From assembly GCF_964204645.1 (NCBI RefSeq), contig NC_134034.1, positions 11,172,962 to 11,236,961 on the forward strand: a stretch of 64,000 nt of DNA. The letters run 5' to 3'. This document shows, one piece after another, positions 34,390 through 48,094 of the stretch (positions are counted from its first letter, which is position 1; every line of letters starts with the position of its first letter). Both the position numbers and the translations under genes were made by a program. The stretch comes from Tubulanus polymorphus. Its lineage: Eukaryota; Animalia; Nemertea. The notes under the pieces were generated by a model. That model ran no database searches and was not told where the DNA came from. It was given only the letters and a program-made list of their open reading frames with translations.

Positions 34390-35831
34390 CGCAAATATTT
34401 CAAACAAAACTATCCCCAAAATATATTGTTTTATCAATGATGATATCCAACGCTTCCAATTTATAGCTCCAGTGTTAGGAGGGGTAGGGAAAGTTCTGCG
34501 CGATGCGATAGGGGTGGATCTAGAAGGGGGACGTTATCGCGTTTACAGCAACAACGTTGAAGATTCAATTTGAAACGTATCGGTGTCAATGCTCTCGACC
34601 AGCCTTTTGCAAAAAAAACCAGAATAAATTTTCATAACTTAATCTTGAATGTAACATGTTGTCCGTGTTGTAACGCTGATATACGGTAAAATCGCCCCCT
34701 CAATACACAAGAACAAATTACTTTAACTTAAAACATTAAAACCACACGATCCATTGGTTCAGTTTCACGGAAAAGTTTATAAGCTCAAAATGCTCAAAAG
34801 TAGAATCGTTGTCCTCAATGAAAAAGCGCGAAGCACAACCACAACAGCGCAATTAGAACCGCAAATTTGAGTTAAATCTTTGTTCACGGAACTGGACACA
34901 AGTTTATTGTGTGTATCAGAAAGACATAGTTGAAAAATGATTGGAGCTTACCCGTTCATGATGAAATCAGACCTCTCGAATGACCGTCAATGCTGCAAGC
35001 AAGTCAGATGTGTCTTCTTTCGGCCGTCCTGCTCGTTGATTATATACAATAGGAATCATCGAATACACGTCACTCGCAGATGTAAGATTCGACATCTTGA
35101 CCCGACTGGCTGGAAACAATGGACACGTTATAGGCGATCATCACTGATACGGAACTAATGAATGACATTATCACAGCAGCTTGTCAGCGAATTAAGTTAC
35201 CCTTGAGAAGATCGCCCTGTTGAACTTCTATTCGAATTGAAACCCTTTTAGTGTTGTTTCTTTTCGAAGAAGTTTTGACCCAGTTCCACAGTTGTCGGGT
35301 TTAATTTGGCTCTGAACCCAGTTTCACAGTTGCGTGGGTTTAATTTGACCCTGAACCCAAGTTCCACGGGACTTGTGTGGGCTTAATTTGACTCTGAATC
35401 GTTCGAAGAGAGGTCTGTGAGTTTAATTTGATTAGTGGATCGTGAACCACAGCTCTGTGAGTTTAATTCGACTCTAGACCAAGTTCCACAGGGTTTGATT
35501 TGGCTCTGAATCCTGTTACACAGTTGTGCGGGTATAATTAAGTAGGCGGCCGCGAAGTCCAGTCGAGTTCGGATCCGTCATTTAGTGATCCATTTTTCGA
35601 GCCATGCGTGCATCCGGATTGTTTCTAGCTCGAAGCGGCTCTGGGAACCTCGCGGCTGTATCTTACCGTGCTTTGGACGGCTCTGGCAACGTCACGGCGC
35701 ACTAGTTATTTCCGGGTTTGAGAATTTTACACCAATTTTAGGGCTTGAATAAAGTTTGTTTTGTCGACTATCGAAGTAACAAACGAAGACATTATGTAGT
35801 TAGGAAAAGTGATTCGAGTAAAAAGGAAGAA

Positions 35832-38800
35832 ATGGCGGAATTTGAGCGGAATTTATCAGACGAATCGACTTTAAAAACTAAACAGAAGCCTGAACAACAG
35901 GTGTGTTCTGTTCTGCCCTAAAATTTTGGGTGGGACTTTACTTTGCGTCTTTGGGTCAGTCGAGTCCAGCATATCTAGGGTCCAGTAAATTCACGAACAA
36001 GTTAAACTGTAATTTTTCGTTTAACGATTGCCAAAATTGTAGGAGGGTCCAGTAAATTCACAAATAAGTTAAACTGAAATTTTTGGCCATAATAATTTGT
36101 ATGTAGGAGCACCTTTTTACCACGACTGGCACTGACAAATTAACGAACAGGTCCTCTTGTTGCATGGCCCCGAAATGTTGTGTAATACATACATAGACTG
36201 TCAAAATGTCGCTGGCAGAAATCTCTTCTAAAAATCAATATTAAGTGGAATATGACAGATATTCAAAAGAGGACACTAATTCAAGTTTAGTGCAATTTTT
36301 TTTAAAACTACAAACGTAGGCTATTTCAAAAACCAAATTCTGTTAGGGATAGAATTAACAGTCATTCTTGGCTCAGCGCCAGAGGGAACACCAATTTTTC
36401 GAACCCGCCGATTATTGTTTTTCATTTTTTGTTTTTCTGTTTTTTCTTATAAGATTTCTTGCCAGAAATCGACCACATCAAACGACTCGGACAACAATCG
36501 ATGTTTATCGTCGTCGCCGGTCGGCGGTTGCTCGGAAACGACTTTGAAACGACCGATATTGTTGCCGGTGACTCGTCATCCGTTGATGACCGACGCGGAT
36601 GGCGATCGCGTCGCGTTTGACGATGATGATTTGAACGATGAAAATGATGAGGAAATCTATAACGGCGATGAGAACGACTGTCCACCACCGGAAGCGGACC
36701 CTGAAGTTGAGGTGAGTTCGTAAAGGTCGTGCGAGGAGGATGTAATGGCAGATCTAATCTGGGATCTGTTCAGATTCTGGAGGTAGATCCAATCAGGGTG
36801 TGATCAGTTTCTGGAGGTAGATCCGATTGGGGTGTGATCATATTCTGGAGGCAGATCCAATCAGGGTGTGATCAGATTCTGGAGTCAGATCTAAGCTGGG
36901 ATCTGTTCAGATTCTGGAGGTAGATCCAATAAAGGTGTGATCAGATTCTGGAGGCAGATCCGATTGGGGTGTGATCAGATCCTGGAGGCAGATCCAATCA
37001 GGGTGTGATCAGATTCTGGAGTCAGATCTAAGCTGGGATCTGTTCAGATTCTGGAGGTAGATCCAATAAAGGTGTGATCAGATTCTGGAGGCAGATCCAA
37101 TCAGGGTGTGATCAGATTCTGGAGGCAGATCTAAGCTGGGATCTGTTCAGATTCTGGAGGTAGATCCAATAAGGGTGTGATCAGATTCTGGAGTCAGATT
37201 TAAGCTGGGATCTGTTCAGATTCTGTAGGTAGATCCAATAAGGGTCTGATCAGATTCTGGAGGTAGATCTAATCAGGCTCTGATCAGATTCTGGAGGTAG
37301 ATCTAATCAGGCTCCGATCAGAGTAGATCTAAAGCGATAATTTTTCTCTTTTTTTCGTTGTAGACTGAACTGGAAATTCTAAACAGCGCCGCCACCGAAA
37401 TAAACTCATTAGAGTTGAAATTGGATGTGAGTTCACTTTAACTTCTTTAGTCCTTTGACTGAAGTTAAAATTGATTCATTTTCGATGAGTTAACTATGAA
37501 TGGATTAAATCCGAACTGGGAACTAGGTCCTGGTTTATGAAAAGTCTTCTACTTAAAATGATCATGTTTGAATTGTTACTTAGTAAACTTAAAACCAAAA
37601 ATTTGAGTTAAACTTTTTCATGAAACCGGACCCTGGACCTAGTTCATTGACTTAGGTTGTAATTAGTTGATTTTCGATGAGTCAAATAACACTCAAAGTC
37701 AAATCTAACGCAGAACTCTGTAATCCCGATAAAATGGAATATCGATAAAGCCACAAAAGAATCACAACTATGATAAAAAATGCATCTTGAATTTTGTTCC
37801 AGTTGAGATTCGGTTCTCTCTACCAAAAGAAATGGTATACGTATATTTTCTCTTCTCTCTCAGGGAGCGCGAGGACATTTTCAGAAGCTGCACGAAGAAG
37901 CCACGTTGGCGATTCGCCAGTTGAAAGCGAAACTCGGGCGTTGCGTCGGAAAAGCGCGTCCGTTTTACGAGGCTAAGAGCGAGGCTAAACAGGTAAAATA
38001 TAGCCATCGTCATTTCGATCAGGGTGGCGCCACTTACCAGGGAGACCGGGGAAAAGTCGGGGAATTTCCATCTTTCGAAAAAAGTAAGGGAATAGCCGGG
38101 AATTTTGTAAAAGAAAGGAAGAAGCAAAAAAACATCAGGGAAAAGTTCGGAAATTTTGTCAAGATCGATAGATTCTGCATGAAATCAATCAGTTTCTGCT
38201 TACGTATTTGACTGTGTTAATTGATTGAATTCTTAGCAGATCAATGTTCATGAATCAATGTTTATGAAATGAATGTTGTTGTTGTTGTTGTGTTTAAACA
38301 GGCTCAGCAGGCGACTCAAGAAGCCGCTCGTAAGTTCCGTCGAGCGATCAGTTTGTACGACGCGGCGAAGGAAACGATCAGTCTCGCCGAGGATCGATTT
38401 CAGAGCGTCGACACGCGCGAATTCGACTCGGCCTGGCAACAAGCGCTCAGCAACGCTACCGTTCGGGTAAGATTAGATATTGAGCGGAATCGAGGAGAAT
38501 CGTGCATCTGAGTGATCGGGATATAATGAGGGATTTCTGTGGAGCTATTGTGGGTTTGAAACAGTGGGTTGAAAATTTGAATAATTGACATGGCAAATGT
38601 TTGACTTAAAGAGTTCGACAGTTCTCAGCTCAGTTCCACATTTCAGGACTCAGTTCCACAGTTTTGGACTCCGTTCCATAGTACTTGATCAAGTTCCACA
38701 ATTCACCACTCAGTTCCACAGTTCAGGACTCAGTTCCACAGTTTTGCGCTCTTTTCAAAATGATCTTTAAAACCTGTTTTTGTTTCGTCGTAGCTTTTTG

Positions 38801-40612
38801 AAGCTGAATGTGAGAAATCTTGGAGCGAAGAAGAACATCGACATCAGATGGGTCGATTAGCTGAAGTGGAAATCAAAGTGAATTTATTACAAAAACAAGA
38901 AACTAAAAATATCGCCAAAGCCAGGTAAACTTGTGATTGTCTCCTTTCCCGGATGAGGTAACCGGAACCCTGCACCCCCTCAGATATTTATTATTCCAAA
39001 TTTTGTCATCTACACTTCACATGTGTTCAGTACTTCACCCGAGACATTTTCAATCGAAAATGAACTACAAACACCAAACATCAGATCAGTTATCAGGATA
39101 CTTTCAACAGCTGATCCTCCACACTTCACATGTGTTCAGAACTTCACCTGAGACATTTTCAATTGAAAATGAACTACAAACATCAGACATCAGACAAGTT
39201 ATCAGGATACTTTCAACAACTGATCCTCCACACTTCACATGTGTTCAGAACCTGAGACATTTTCAATTGAAAATGAACTACAAACACCAGATATTAGACA
39301 TTTTATCAACAAACTTCCAAAAACTGATCATCCACAACTCACATTATGTCTGAGGGAGTCTGAGAGAGGGGTTCCAGGCTGACCAGGCGTGGTTCCATAC
39401 AAATAGAATGACGGCTTCAAAACTTCAAAATTATCCGTTATATTTTCGCACTTTTTTCACGGTTCGATTCGAAATGTTTTTTCTTTTTTTTTTTGCCGAA
39501 CACAGAATATACTTTGAAACGAAGGCGATGTACGAGGAAAACTTGCTCAAAATGAAACGCACGATCGAAGAGTTGCAGACGTCGATCGCGTCGGCGAAAA
39601 CTCGCTACCGCAAATCGCTGCTGAATCTCGAACGAATATCCGAACAGCGCCATCTGCAGAAAAACTTGAACAACTTCAAATACGACCTCGTCAGCGACGG
39701 CGACAGTCACGATTCACTGGATGCTATTTTACGTAAGTTTACAGATACCGATTTCTGATTGACCTGATTCGATTCAATCCAGGATACGCCCGATGTAACA
39801 GTTTGACTGCGTATATCACGGTCCATAGGACTCCTGGTTTGATTCTTTAGTCAAACTCCTAAACAGAAAATGCTTTGAAAGGTGCTTGAAACTCCTTTAA
39901 TTCGAAACAAATTCCTTAATCTCCTTTAAAAAACTCTTTCAATTTTGAGTAATATGCAATAAAAAATTACTAATGACATCAATACACCGCGGTGCGGTGT
40001 ACTAATAAATTTCATCACCATGGTATACACCGCATTGTGGTGTAGATGCACTGAAAGAATCAATAGTATCGGCAATAGGCTTTCTATGGATCAGCAATTT
40101 AGGGACCAACTTTTACCCTTTGAATCTGATGACGCCGTGATTCTCTGTCTCTGAAAGGGTTAAAAGTAACTGTTTGCGTTTAACTTTCATTGCATAAATT
40201 AGAACGAATATTTCTCGACTGTTTTTCAGGTTTATCGATCGGAAGCGGTTCTACGTGTACGTCGCGTTCTGACTCGATCTCTATGCAATCGTGGCAATCC
40301 GACCTTGACCTGGAGAGTCCGTCTGGGGGCGGTTCGAAACCCGATTGCGACGGTAACGGAGGAGCGGCCGGTGCGAGTTCCATTCTTCAAGCGATCGATC
40401 AGTTACAATTGACGACAGGCTGCGATTCGATATCGCAGTATTCGCAGGACAGCGGCGTTATCGCCGATGCAGGTGGCAGCACCGTCGGTGGTGATAAAAC
40501 GGCGATTCCGACATTGGAAATAGTTCACGAACATGAGAGCCACCTAGTGGGGGCAACGGGTACAACAGGGCCAGCAGACATAGTACAAACTGAGACAACG
40601 CCCGAGAAATAA
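35832..40612 (+). CDS. SH3BP5: SH3 domain-binding protein 5-like (Parcas/Rab11 GEF family); exons ~35832-35900, 36454-36711, 37364-37426, 37864-37992, 38302-38466, 38794-38924, 39506-39732, 40230-40612
   Basis: Motifs DPEVE|TELEILNSAATEINSLELKLD, KLGRCVGKARPFYEA, FDSAWQQALSNAT, IAKAR|IYFETK and YRKSLLNLERISEQRH. All splice phases are consistent. SH3BP5 versus SH3BP5L is not resolved. Confidence 0.88.
36745..37330. repeat. ~34-bp minisatellite
   Basis: About 17 copies of gattctggaggcagatccaatcagggtgtgatca. Confidence 0.93.
39010..39345. repeat. ~105-bp tandem/dispersed repeat; inverted copy at ~55680-55850
   Basis: cacacttcacatgtgttcag...gagacattttcaattgaaaatgaactacaaacaccag. Confidence 0.8.
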
Positions 40613-41970
40613 TTCCACAATTCAGGTTCCTGTTCCACAGTTCAGGATTGAGTTCCACAATTCAGGTCCTGTTCCACAGTTTACGATTGAGTTCCACAAT
40701 TCAGGTTCCTGTTCCACTGTTCACTATCCAGTTCCACAGTACCGGATCCAGTTCCTCAGAATTCAGTTCCACAGTTCAGAATTTGGATCCGATTGTGGAA
40801 ACACAGTAAACCTTGCCTCGCTCGGCTAAACTGGAGCTAAGGATCGGAAAAATACGGTAGCAAGTCAGAAAAATATTTTTTTTTCAGAGTAAGTTGAAAT
40901 TCCGCGTTGGTCGTGTCTCCGAGTCGGGCAAGGTTTCGTTGTCACTATGTCAGTGTTATCCACAGATTCTGTGTTAACTAAGTTTTAACGACTGCGCCAC
41001 CCCTGAGGTTATATTTCGATGCTAGTCAAATTTGAGTGATCGGAATTCATATAGTATTATTAAAACGTCGTTCAGGGTGTCCGCGCGGTTCTCAATAGTT
41101 CTCGGTGGAAATTTATAAACTCTTACGGTTTAAATGTTGGATGATGAGAACTAATTTCTGTGAAGTCATTCTCAGCTGGAACTGTAGAACAACGGCAAGA
41201 AATGAAACCATTTTATCAGAAAACCCGACAGTCGATGATATAACTATTTATTCCGACAGTTTTGAAATTTCGACTAAACTTCATCATCGGAGAAAAGATT
41301 TTCCATTTTAGATTTTCGAATTTTGTTTTTCTGACGACGAAATCTTGTCAAAACTTCAAAACTGTCGGAGTGAATTGTTATATAGTTAATTCTCTCATAA
41401 TATGGTTTCATTTCTTGACCCCTACAGTTCGACACCTCTCAGCTGAGAATGACTTCTGAGATCTTCATCAACTGTGAGCTTCGTACATTTAATGAAACCA
41501 TTTTATTTGCAAAATGTACTTAAAAAAACTGAATTAAGCCTTGATTTCGGATGGTTTGACGTATTATGTGGCCTGTTTGCAATTGAAGATATATTGTGAT
41601 TTTAATGTCTTACTCTTGGAGGGAGGGTAAGGGGGGGGTCGAAGCAGATCATGATGAATTTTTTAGACTCGGATTAACCAGTATTTGTTTCTTTCATATT
41701 TTGTTTACTATCGCATTTAAAACGATGCGCACTATCATGTTCAATGTATATCGGGTATATATTTATTTAGAATATCAATTCCATTGTTGTCGGTCGGATT
41801 CAACTGTCAAAATATTACGACAACCGTGAAGCTTAGACTTCAAGACCTGGTTCCACGGTTAGGAGTTCAGATTTGAAGAAAGTTAATTCATTTGAAATGA
41901 ACTGATTTTAACTCCATCGGTCTCAGGTTTTGAAAATACGGATTACAAATTACAAATGATTTCTACTTAA

Positions 41971-42135
41971 GGGGTCATTCATTTATTACGTACGCATTAG
42001 GGGAGGGGGAGGGGTCAGTGCAATTGCGTACTGTAATGCTTAATGTATATGAAAAAATGACCGATTTTGCGTACAGAGGGGGAGGGGGGTTGAAAAATTC
42101 AAATTTTATGCGTACGTAATAAATGAATGATCCCC
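41971..42135. mobile_element. Tourist/Harbinger-like MITE; second copy at ~51528-51685
   Basis: TIRs ggggtcattcatttattacgtacgca / tgcgtacgtaataaatgaatgatcccc, preceded by TAA. Confidence 0.85.
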
Positions 42136-42179
42136 AAAGAAATATTAGACTCATTAGCCAGTTCCATAGTCGAGACTTA

Positions 42180-42391
42180 AGTCGCGATCACACAAATTTG
42201 GCCCGGAGCCACTACACGCGGGTGCCAATTTGATCCTGGTGACTCACTTAGCTTTGTTTAAGCATTGTTTAGTATCGAGTGAGTGGTTTATGTGCGAATG
42301 CACTCTCTTATAAGGCGCAGGCCAAATTTGACTCGGGGCCTGATCCGTGCCAATTTGGCCGGGGCCAAATCGTCTCCGTGTGATCGTGGCT
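42180..42391. mobile_element. PIF/Harbinger-type MITE (inverted copy of 31804-32056)
   Basis: AGTCGCGATCAC...GTGATCGTGGCT with shared internal sequence. Confidence 0.8.
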
Positions 42392-42769
42392 TTTAATCCA
42401 TGAAAATGATCTTAAATCATTGTGCAAATAGCCCAAGTTCTACAGATCTTAGTTCAGTTTGACTCAAAAAAATTGAAATTGGTTTTTTGCTATGTTTTAA
42501 TTTTGAGTCAAATGAGTCAAATAGCACTGTTGACTCGTGATCTGTATCCAGATCGTGTATCCTGTATCCAGATTCAATAGGCTTTATTTCTAAGCATCTC
42601 TTTGTCGGATGTTTCGATTATTCGTGTGATTCTGTATTTTAAGTCCGCTTACAAGTCAAGCAATCTTCGTATCTATGAGATATGAATAATGAATAAAACT
42701 TTACTTTTTCAGAAGATTCTGTCTATTTCTTTTCTGTAGACTGTCAGACTCGGGAATTAATCTATTTTT

Positions 42770-42966
42770 AAGTCCCAATTTGTAATGTTCCTAATCAATT
42801 TACGTACCCTGGTAGTGAAAGTCGGTTAGGAATCATTTATCAGGCCATGTACCCACTTTCAACTCCAGGGTGGATGGAGGCAACGAGGATAAGTGTCATT
42901 ACGGGATTCGAACCCACGAGCTGGCTTCCCGGAGTCGGGCGCTCTAACCATTAGCCCACACCGCTC
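42770..42966 (-). mobile_element. tRNA-derived SINE
   Basis: Minus strand reads gagcggtgtGGGCTAATGGttagagcg...GGTTCGAATCCcg (Pol III A and B boxes), followed by a non-tRNA body gacacttatcctcgttgcctccatccaccctgg...tgggtac. The 3' end is approximate. Confidence 0.75.
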
Positions 42967-43424
42967 ACTCTAGACCGCTTGTGATGATAAGTCATCAAAG
43001 TAATGATAATCACTTCACGCTTTTTAATTTTCGGCATTGAAAATCGGGCTCCAACACATGTGCCATAAAACCGAACGATTCAAGCGGATCATTTTATCTA
43101 GAAAATGAATCTAATGCTATAGAAAATGGCAAGCTGATTAGACGAGATATTTCACTGGCGCATTAAGTTTATTTTGTATTTGGCATCATTTGCCGTGAAA
43201 TTTCAATCAACCTCGACCGTTGCACAAGAGACGTTACGATTTGGTGAGCTTTGACATATACATACATAGCTTAAAAGTGACGTCACATTGGCCATCAAGA
43301 ATACACGGAGTTGAAGGCCAATATGACGCATGGTGAACAATTGGCGGGCTACATTACACCAGGAACGATGTCTCAATACACAAAGGCCTCCTATTCTTCA
43401 ATTCAAATAGTATTTTTACGGTTG

Positions 43425-44610
43425 TTAAATTTCGACGATTTTACTGTCATTAAATTTCGTGTCTGTCGCCGAATTCGGCCTTGAATTGACGAACAGATTG
43501 AGTGAAGCGCCCCCTGTATAAAGAGATTTAGGCGGGTTCGCGTGCTCGTCACGATTCCACGGGTAACCTTGACTAAAATCGATCGGTTCGTTGAGTAGCG
43601 CACGTGACTTCGTCGGCGGCCTGTCATTGGTCGGTTTGATCCGTGACCTTGATGACGTACGATAGGTGTCGTCTTTTTGTAAACTGTAGATTTCGATGTT
43701 CGTCTGCTGTGGTACTTCCGGTACCGATGACACTTTACTTCCGTTCTTCGTTATCCGGGCCACATTACTTCGCCTCTTTGCTGAAAAGAACCGTCGATGA
43801 ATCTCACCTGGAAGCCGATTAGAAAATCAAATAACTGTCACGTGACACTTACCGCAGCGACATCTACACGGTATCTTGAAACAGCAGACGACAACAATTG
43901 TTGTCATGACCATCACAGCAACAGCGCCCCCTGCCGCAATACCGATAACTTCTTCCAAATTCAATATGGCCGGGTTCTTTAAGGACGAAAAGGAAAGTTT
44001 TTGTTTTGGTCAAATATCATGAAAAAGGTTCGTAACGGATGTATCTTTCTGTCGTTGAATACGTACCCAGCCAGTTATTGTAATTGCCGGGTAGGAATTT
44101 GGGGCGCCACCGTCGAATTGAAGAGCCATTGACAATTGGACATCTCTATCGATATCCTGTATACTCAATGATACTTGGTCGTCATTATCGCTCCTCGCTA
44201 CTCCGATCAAAATGCGAGCTACAATTTCAAGAATTCGGAATCGTTGTGGTGATGATATTGACTCTATCAACACTGTACCCAATTCCAAATTTGGATCCAG
44301 TGCTACAATCCTGTTAACCTGTTTGCACAGTTACTGGATCGAATCAAAACAGTGGAAATTCCCAACTACATATTCGGTGCCGCAGATTTTTTTGACCAGG
44401 TTCCACTGTGACTAAGGAACCGAGTCGGACTGGGTCCAAGTTTAAACAAGTCAGAATTGATTTTGGATTTTATAGAAATACGAAAGAAAAATTAAACGGA
44501 TCTCTCGAAAATAAAATAAAAAAAGACAACATACCTTTGACGCGAATGGACAATTCAATTCCTATCAATATCATTTCGATTATCCATAGCCAGATGCATT
44601 TGTGAACCAT
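43425..44610 (-). CDS. Putative single-pass type I membrane protein; 5' structure uncertain, possibly degenerate
   Basis: Signal-like exon MVHKCIWLWIIEMILIG... (~44535-44610), an ectodomain exon ending YPAITITGW, a TM exon NPAILNLEEVIGIAAGGAVAVMVMTTIVVVCCFK (~43853-43979) and a tail exon 43425-43780. The last three exons join in phase. Confidence 0.5.
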
Positions 44611-45011
44611 GGTGATCAGAACCGTTGCGGAATATTTAAGTTTCAATGAAATCGTTGTTTATAGTTGTAACTTCTTTGAAAAGAAAACGAATTGAAAAAT
44701 CTCAACCAACAAGGCTTCAGAATAGAACGACTCAACAAGTTTGCGCCTATACTGACTTACCAAAAGTTAAATGACGACACAATTCTGATGAAATATAATA
44801 AGGCATTCCTAAAGAGGGCCCTGTACTATGGTGTTAAGTTGTTTAGTTTGTTGTAGACGGTTTTCGTCGAGTTCTCGTCAATTCGAATTTAATCAACGGT
44901 TAATTATTGACTTTAGGCTTTTACCGCAGACGACTTTAGTAACGAATGTAAATACTACAACGACTATAACGGTTAAATAACGGCCGCCGTATTTCAAATA
45001 TTCAAATATAC

Positions 45012-45357
45012 GATTTAGGATAGGATAGGATTGTAAATTTCTATAGCGCCTTGTAAATAGCAGGACTATTATCAAAGGCGCTCTCCAGACGAAGATGATG
45101 ACTTGAACAGAAATGTCTTGAGCTGTGCTTTGAATGCTGGCAGAGAGTCAATATCACGGAGAGGTTGCGGAAGGGAGTTCCACACTGTAGGTGCAAATGT
45201 CTCAAATGCACGTCCGCCGAATGACTTAAGACGACATGATCTGACTAACAGAAGGTTCTGCGACCCGGAACGAAGTGTTCGGACTGGTCTGTAAACTGTT
45301 AACAGGCTGGAGAGGTAAGCGGGTGCCAAGTTGTGGAGGCACTTGAAAATCAGATTT
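45012..45357 (-). mobile_element. 5'-truncated LINE 3' fragment (L2/CR1 group)
   Basis: Encodes LIFKCLHNLAPAYLSSLL...RTLRS...FGGRAF..APTVWNSLP..LR...FKAQLKTFLF, followed by a short 3' UTR and a (TCCTA)n tail. Confidence 0.85.
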
Positions 45358-46154
45358 AAGGATCAGGATTAAGTTCTTCTGTATTTTAGATACTAATAAT
45401 AATAATAAAGATAATATCCTTTTTGAACCTAGAGCGTGTATTCATTTTAAAATACATTCATTTCGACGGATAAAACATCTTTTCTTCCGAAAAATGTCTA
45501 TCGTATATTTACAAAGTGAAAGTCTTCTCTTGAACCCAAAACTTCGTTCGAATTCCCCGATACAAATAAAGACAGACACAGATAACACTGATTGAGATAA
45601 CCTCGATAATTTCTAGGTTTATACCTGAATCAATACATGATAGCATTGATACGAAAAAGCAATTCATTATACAGGACAACCGGAGAGACACCAGCTGCGT
45701 GGAGCATCACAGGAGTTAACCGGACATCTTTGATACTTGGGTAGGATCAGGGAGCATTCCCTAAGTAGAATTAACGTAAATATATATTTTCTGATGTAGT
45801 TTCTGATATATTTTCTGATGTAGAATCGTCATACATCTGTACAATGTACCGTAGTACAATGACCGGTGAATCTTATGCGCTCGGGTCAATCATCTTGTGC
45901 CAGCAACAGTCGTGATCACAAGCAGACTGCCTCAAAGTCTCTAAGTCTTGACTTACTCTGGTCTCGGTATCATAAAGACTGCGTGGTTGGAAGACTAAGT
46001 CTGGATTGTGTAATTGGGCAGTTCTCTACACAATAAGAGCTGGAATCATAACTGATTTTCTATACGTAATCGTATTTCAGGAGTTTCCCGAAGACCGCTG
46101 TCAATCAAAAAAGACGTTTTGTTTATTGCGCGCGTTCACGATAAAACTCAAACA

Positions 46155-48094
46155 ATGCCAACGACGACGGTGACGCTAAAAAGTTTTTGCCGGTGGTTGT
46201 TTTTAGCGATGGTTTTTATACCACGTGTTACGATGAAGAATTGTATCGGTGTTACTAGTTGTATCTGTGACATGGACGATGGCAGCGGACGGATCGATAT
46301 CACATCGATAGGACGAACAGACGGAGTACCCCGGTAAGCTTTGAACGTATACAGACCTAACAATAAAATTCGAAATTACCCCCCCCCCTGCAAAACAGAC
46401 TTAATTCGAACAGTTTATGCCGGTGTTTTTACGACTGGGGGTTCGAAGCCGTTAAGCTATTTGCCATGTAAATATAAGCGTGAGCACTGCAGGATTTTCC
46501 CGATAGATATTTATTTGATTGATACCAATTTAGCGGATGAATGGACCACCGTCGTGAACGATGTCATTTGCAGTAGCCGCGTACAGCAGACTGCATGGAT
46601 TCATGTGATTTGTTTACAGGTTCAAAGATATAGTCCCGGAACCGGCTTCAATTTATAGATACAACTACAATCCATGCGCGCCATTCAGTTTAGGAGAAAG
46701 ATGTCAAGGAGTTGCGGTTTGTATTTATCAGTTTTTTCGATTGAAACTGTGAAAATTAAGATGTATTTCTGTTAGTCCTACTGGACAAGAGAAATAATTA
46801 CTGCGCGGAAATCGGATAAATCCAAGATGGCCGAATGTCAAGTACGTAGTAATTTATTTGGCTATATCATACGAACATGCATTATTGCAATATTTATCTA
46901 ATTTCAGTCTTGTGAAACTAGGGCCGACTTGCCATCCTAATCTTACAGTTTGGGCCGTGACCCTGCGGTTTGGGGTTACGATTCCACCAGTGGTTTGGCA
47001 ACCATTACCTATAAAGATGGTCGTTAGTAAGTATGTTACCGACACGTCAATCGGCTTGTAAGTTGCAGCAATTCCCGGTAGATGGCGCCACCTTGAAAGT
47101 TCGTTCGAATGGGATAAACCTACGTATAGCTTGGTATTTCGTGATGTTTTCCAAGTGGTTCATGTAAGATGATTTCGGGTCTAACTGCAGTTTAGGTCAC
47201 CTTTTCACTGTGAGGCGGATAGAATTTTTGAATTGAATTTTGCGAAGGACTGACGCCAGAAGACCGACTTCACATTAGCGACACCTAACGGAATATCGAT
47301 AGTGGCATTACAGCTTTGTTTACTTTATGTTCGATATTCTTTGAATTTCTAGTAAAACTATAGTTTCACTGAAATGCGACGCGTCGGCGACGACTCCTCG
47401 GTTGGAGACACCGGGAATGACACAACTAGACACATACGTAAGTAAACGAAAAGCATTGCACTGGTGCTCGGTTGAAGAGTGAGGGGCGGATGTAGGAAGG
47501 TCTATGAGGGTGTAGTATAGGACACTCTTCGTACAGCTTAGTTTAGGAATTTAGAAAAAAAGAAAATACTGTTTTCTAATCTAACGTTAGTCTGTTTCAT
47601 TTATTGTAATATATCTTATGTTCTGTTAGCCGTACACATTGACAAGTGATAAAGCGTGTCCAGCCGGTGATGGACTCAGTCCTGGATCAGTGATTTGTAT
47701 CATGTACGTATTTTAGTCTTACCACAACCGTTAAATATTACCAAGACCTACTGCTTCATAGTTGTATAAAAGTGTTTCTAGGGAAATTTCAGATTTTATT
47801 GTTTTGAAATAATTTAGATTACTGGTCGTGCTGGTCGTGTACATAGTCGGCGGTGTAGTGTTTCTCCGCGCCGCACGTGGCGCCACCGGAGCGGAAATGG
47901 TACCCAACAGAACGTTCTGGATGGCGATTCCTGGCCTCATTATTGTACGTATCTAAATACAACAATTAAGACGAAAATAAAGAATCCTTATGAATCTTAA
48001 AGACTCAATTCTTTTTTTCTCTCTTTTTAAGGATGGGTGCAAATGGGTCATCGGAATAATCCGTTGTAAGGGGGGACAATACCAAAAGATGTGA
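46155..48094 (+). pseudogene. Cation-dependent M6P-receptor/ATG27-like (MRH) gene copy A, with an in-frame TAA at 46938-46940
   Basis: Seven coding exons parallel copy B. Exon 3 reads SCETRADLPS*SYSLG where copy B has SCETIVGNDNYFYSLG. The rest is in frame to ...GGQYQKM*. Confidence 0.75.

Noticed and set aside
42895-42966. Functional tRNA gene
   Set aside because: It has A and B boxes but no convincing acceptor-stem pairing, and it runs into a SINE-like body.
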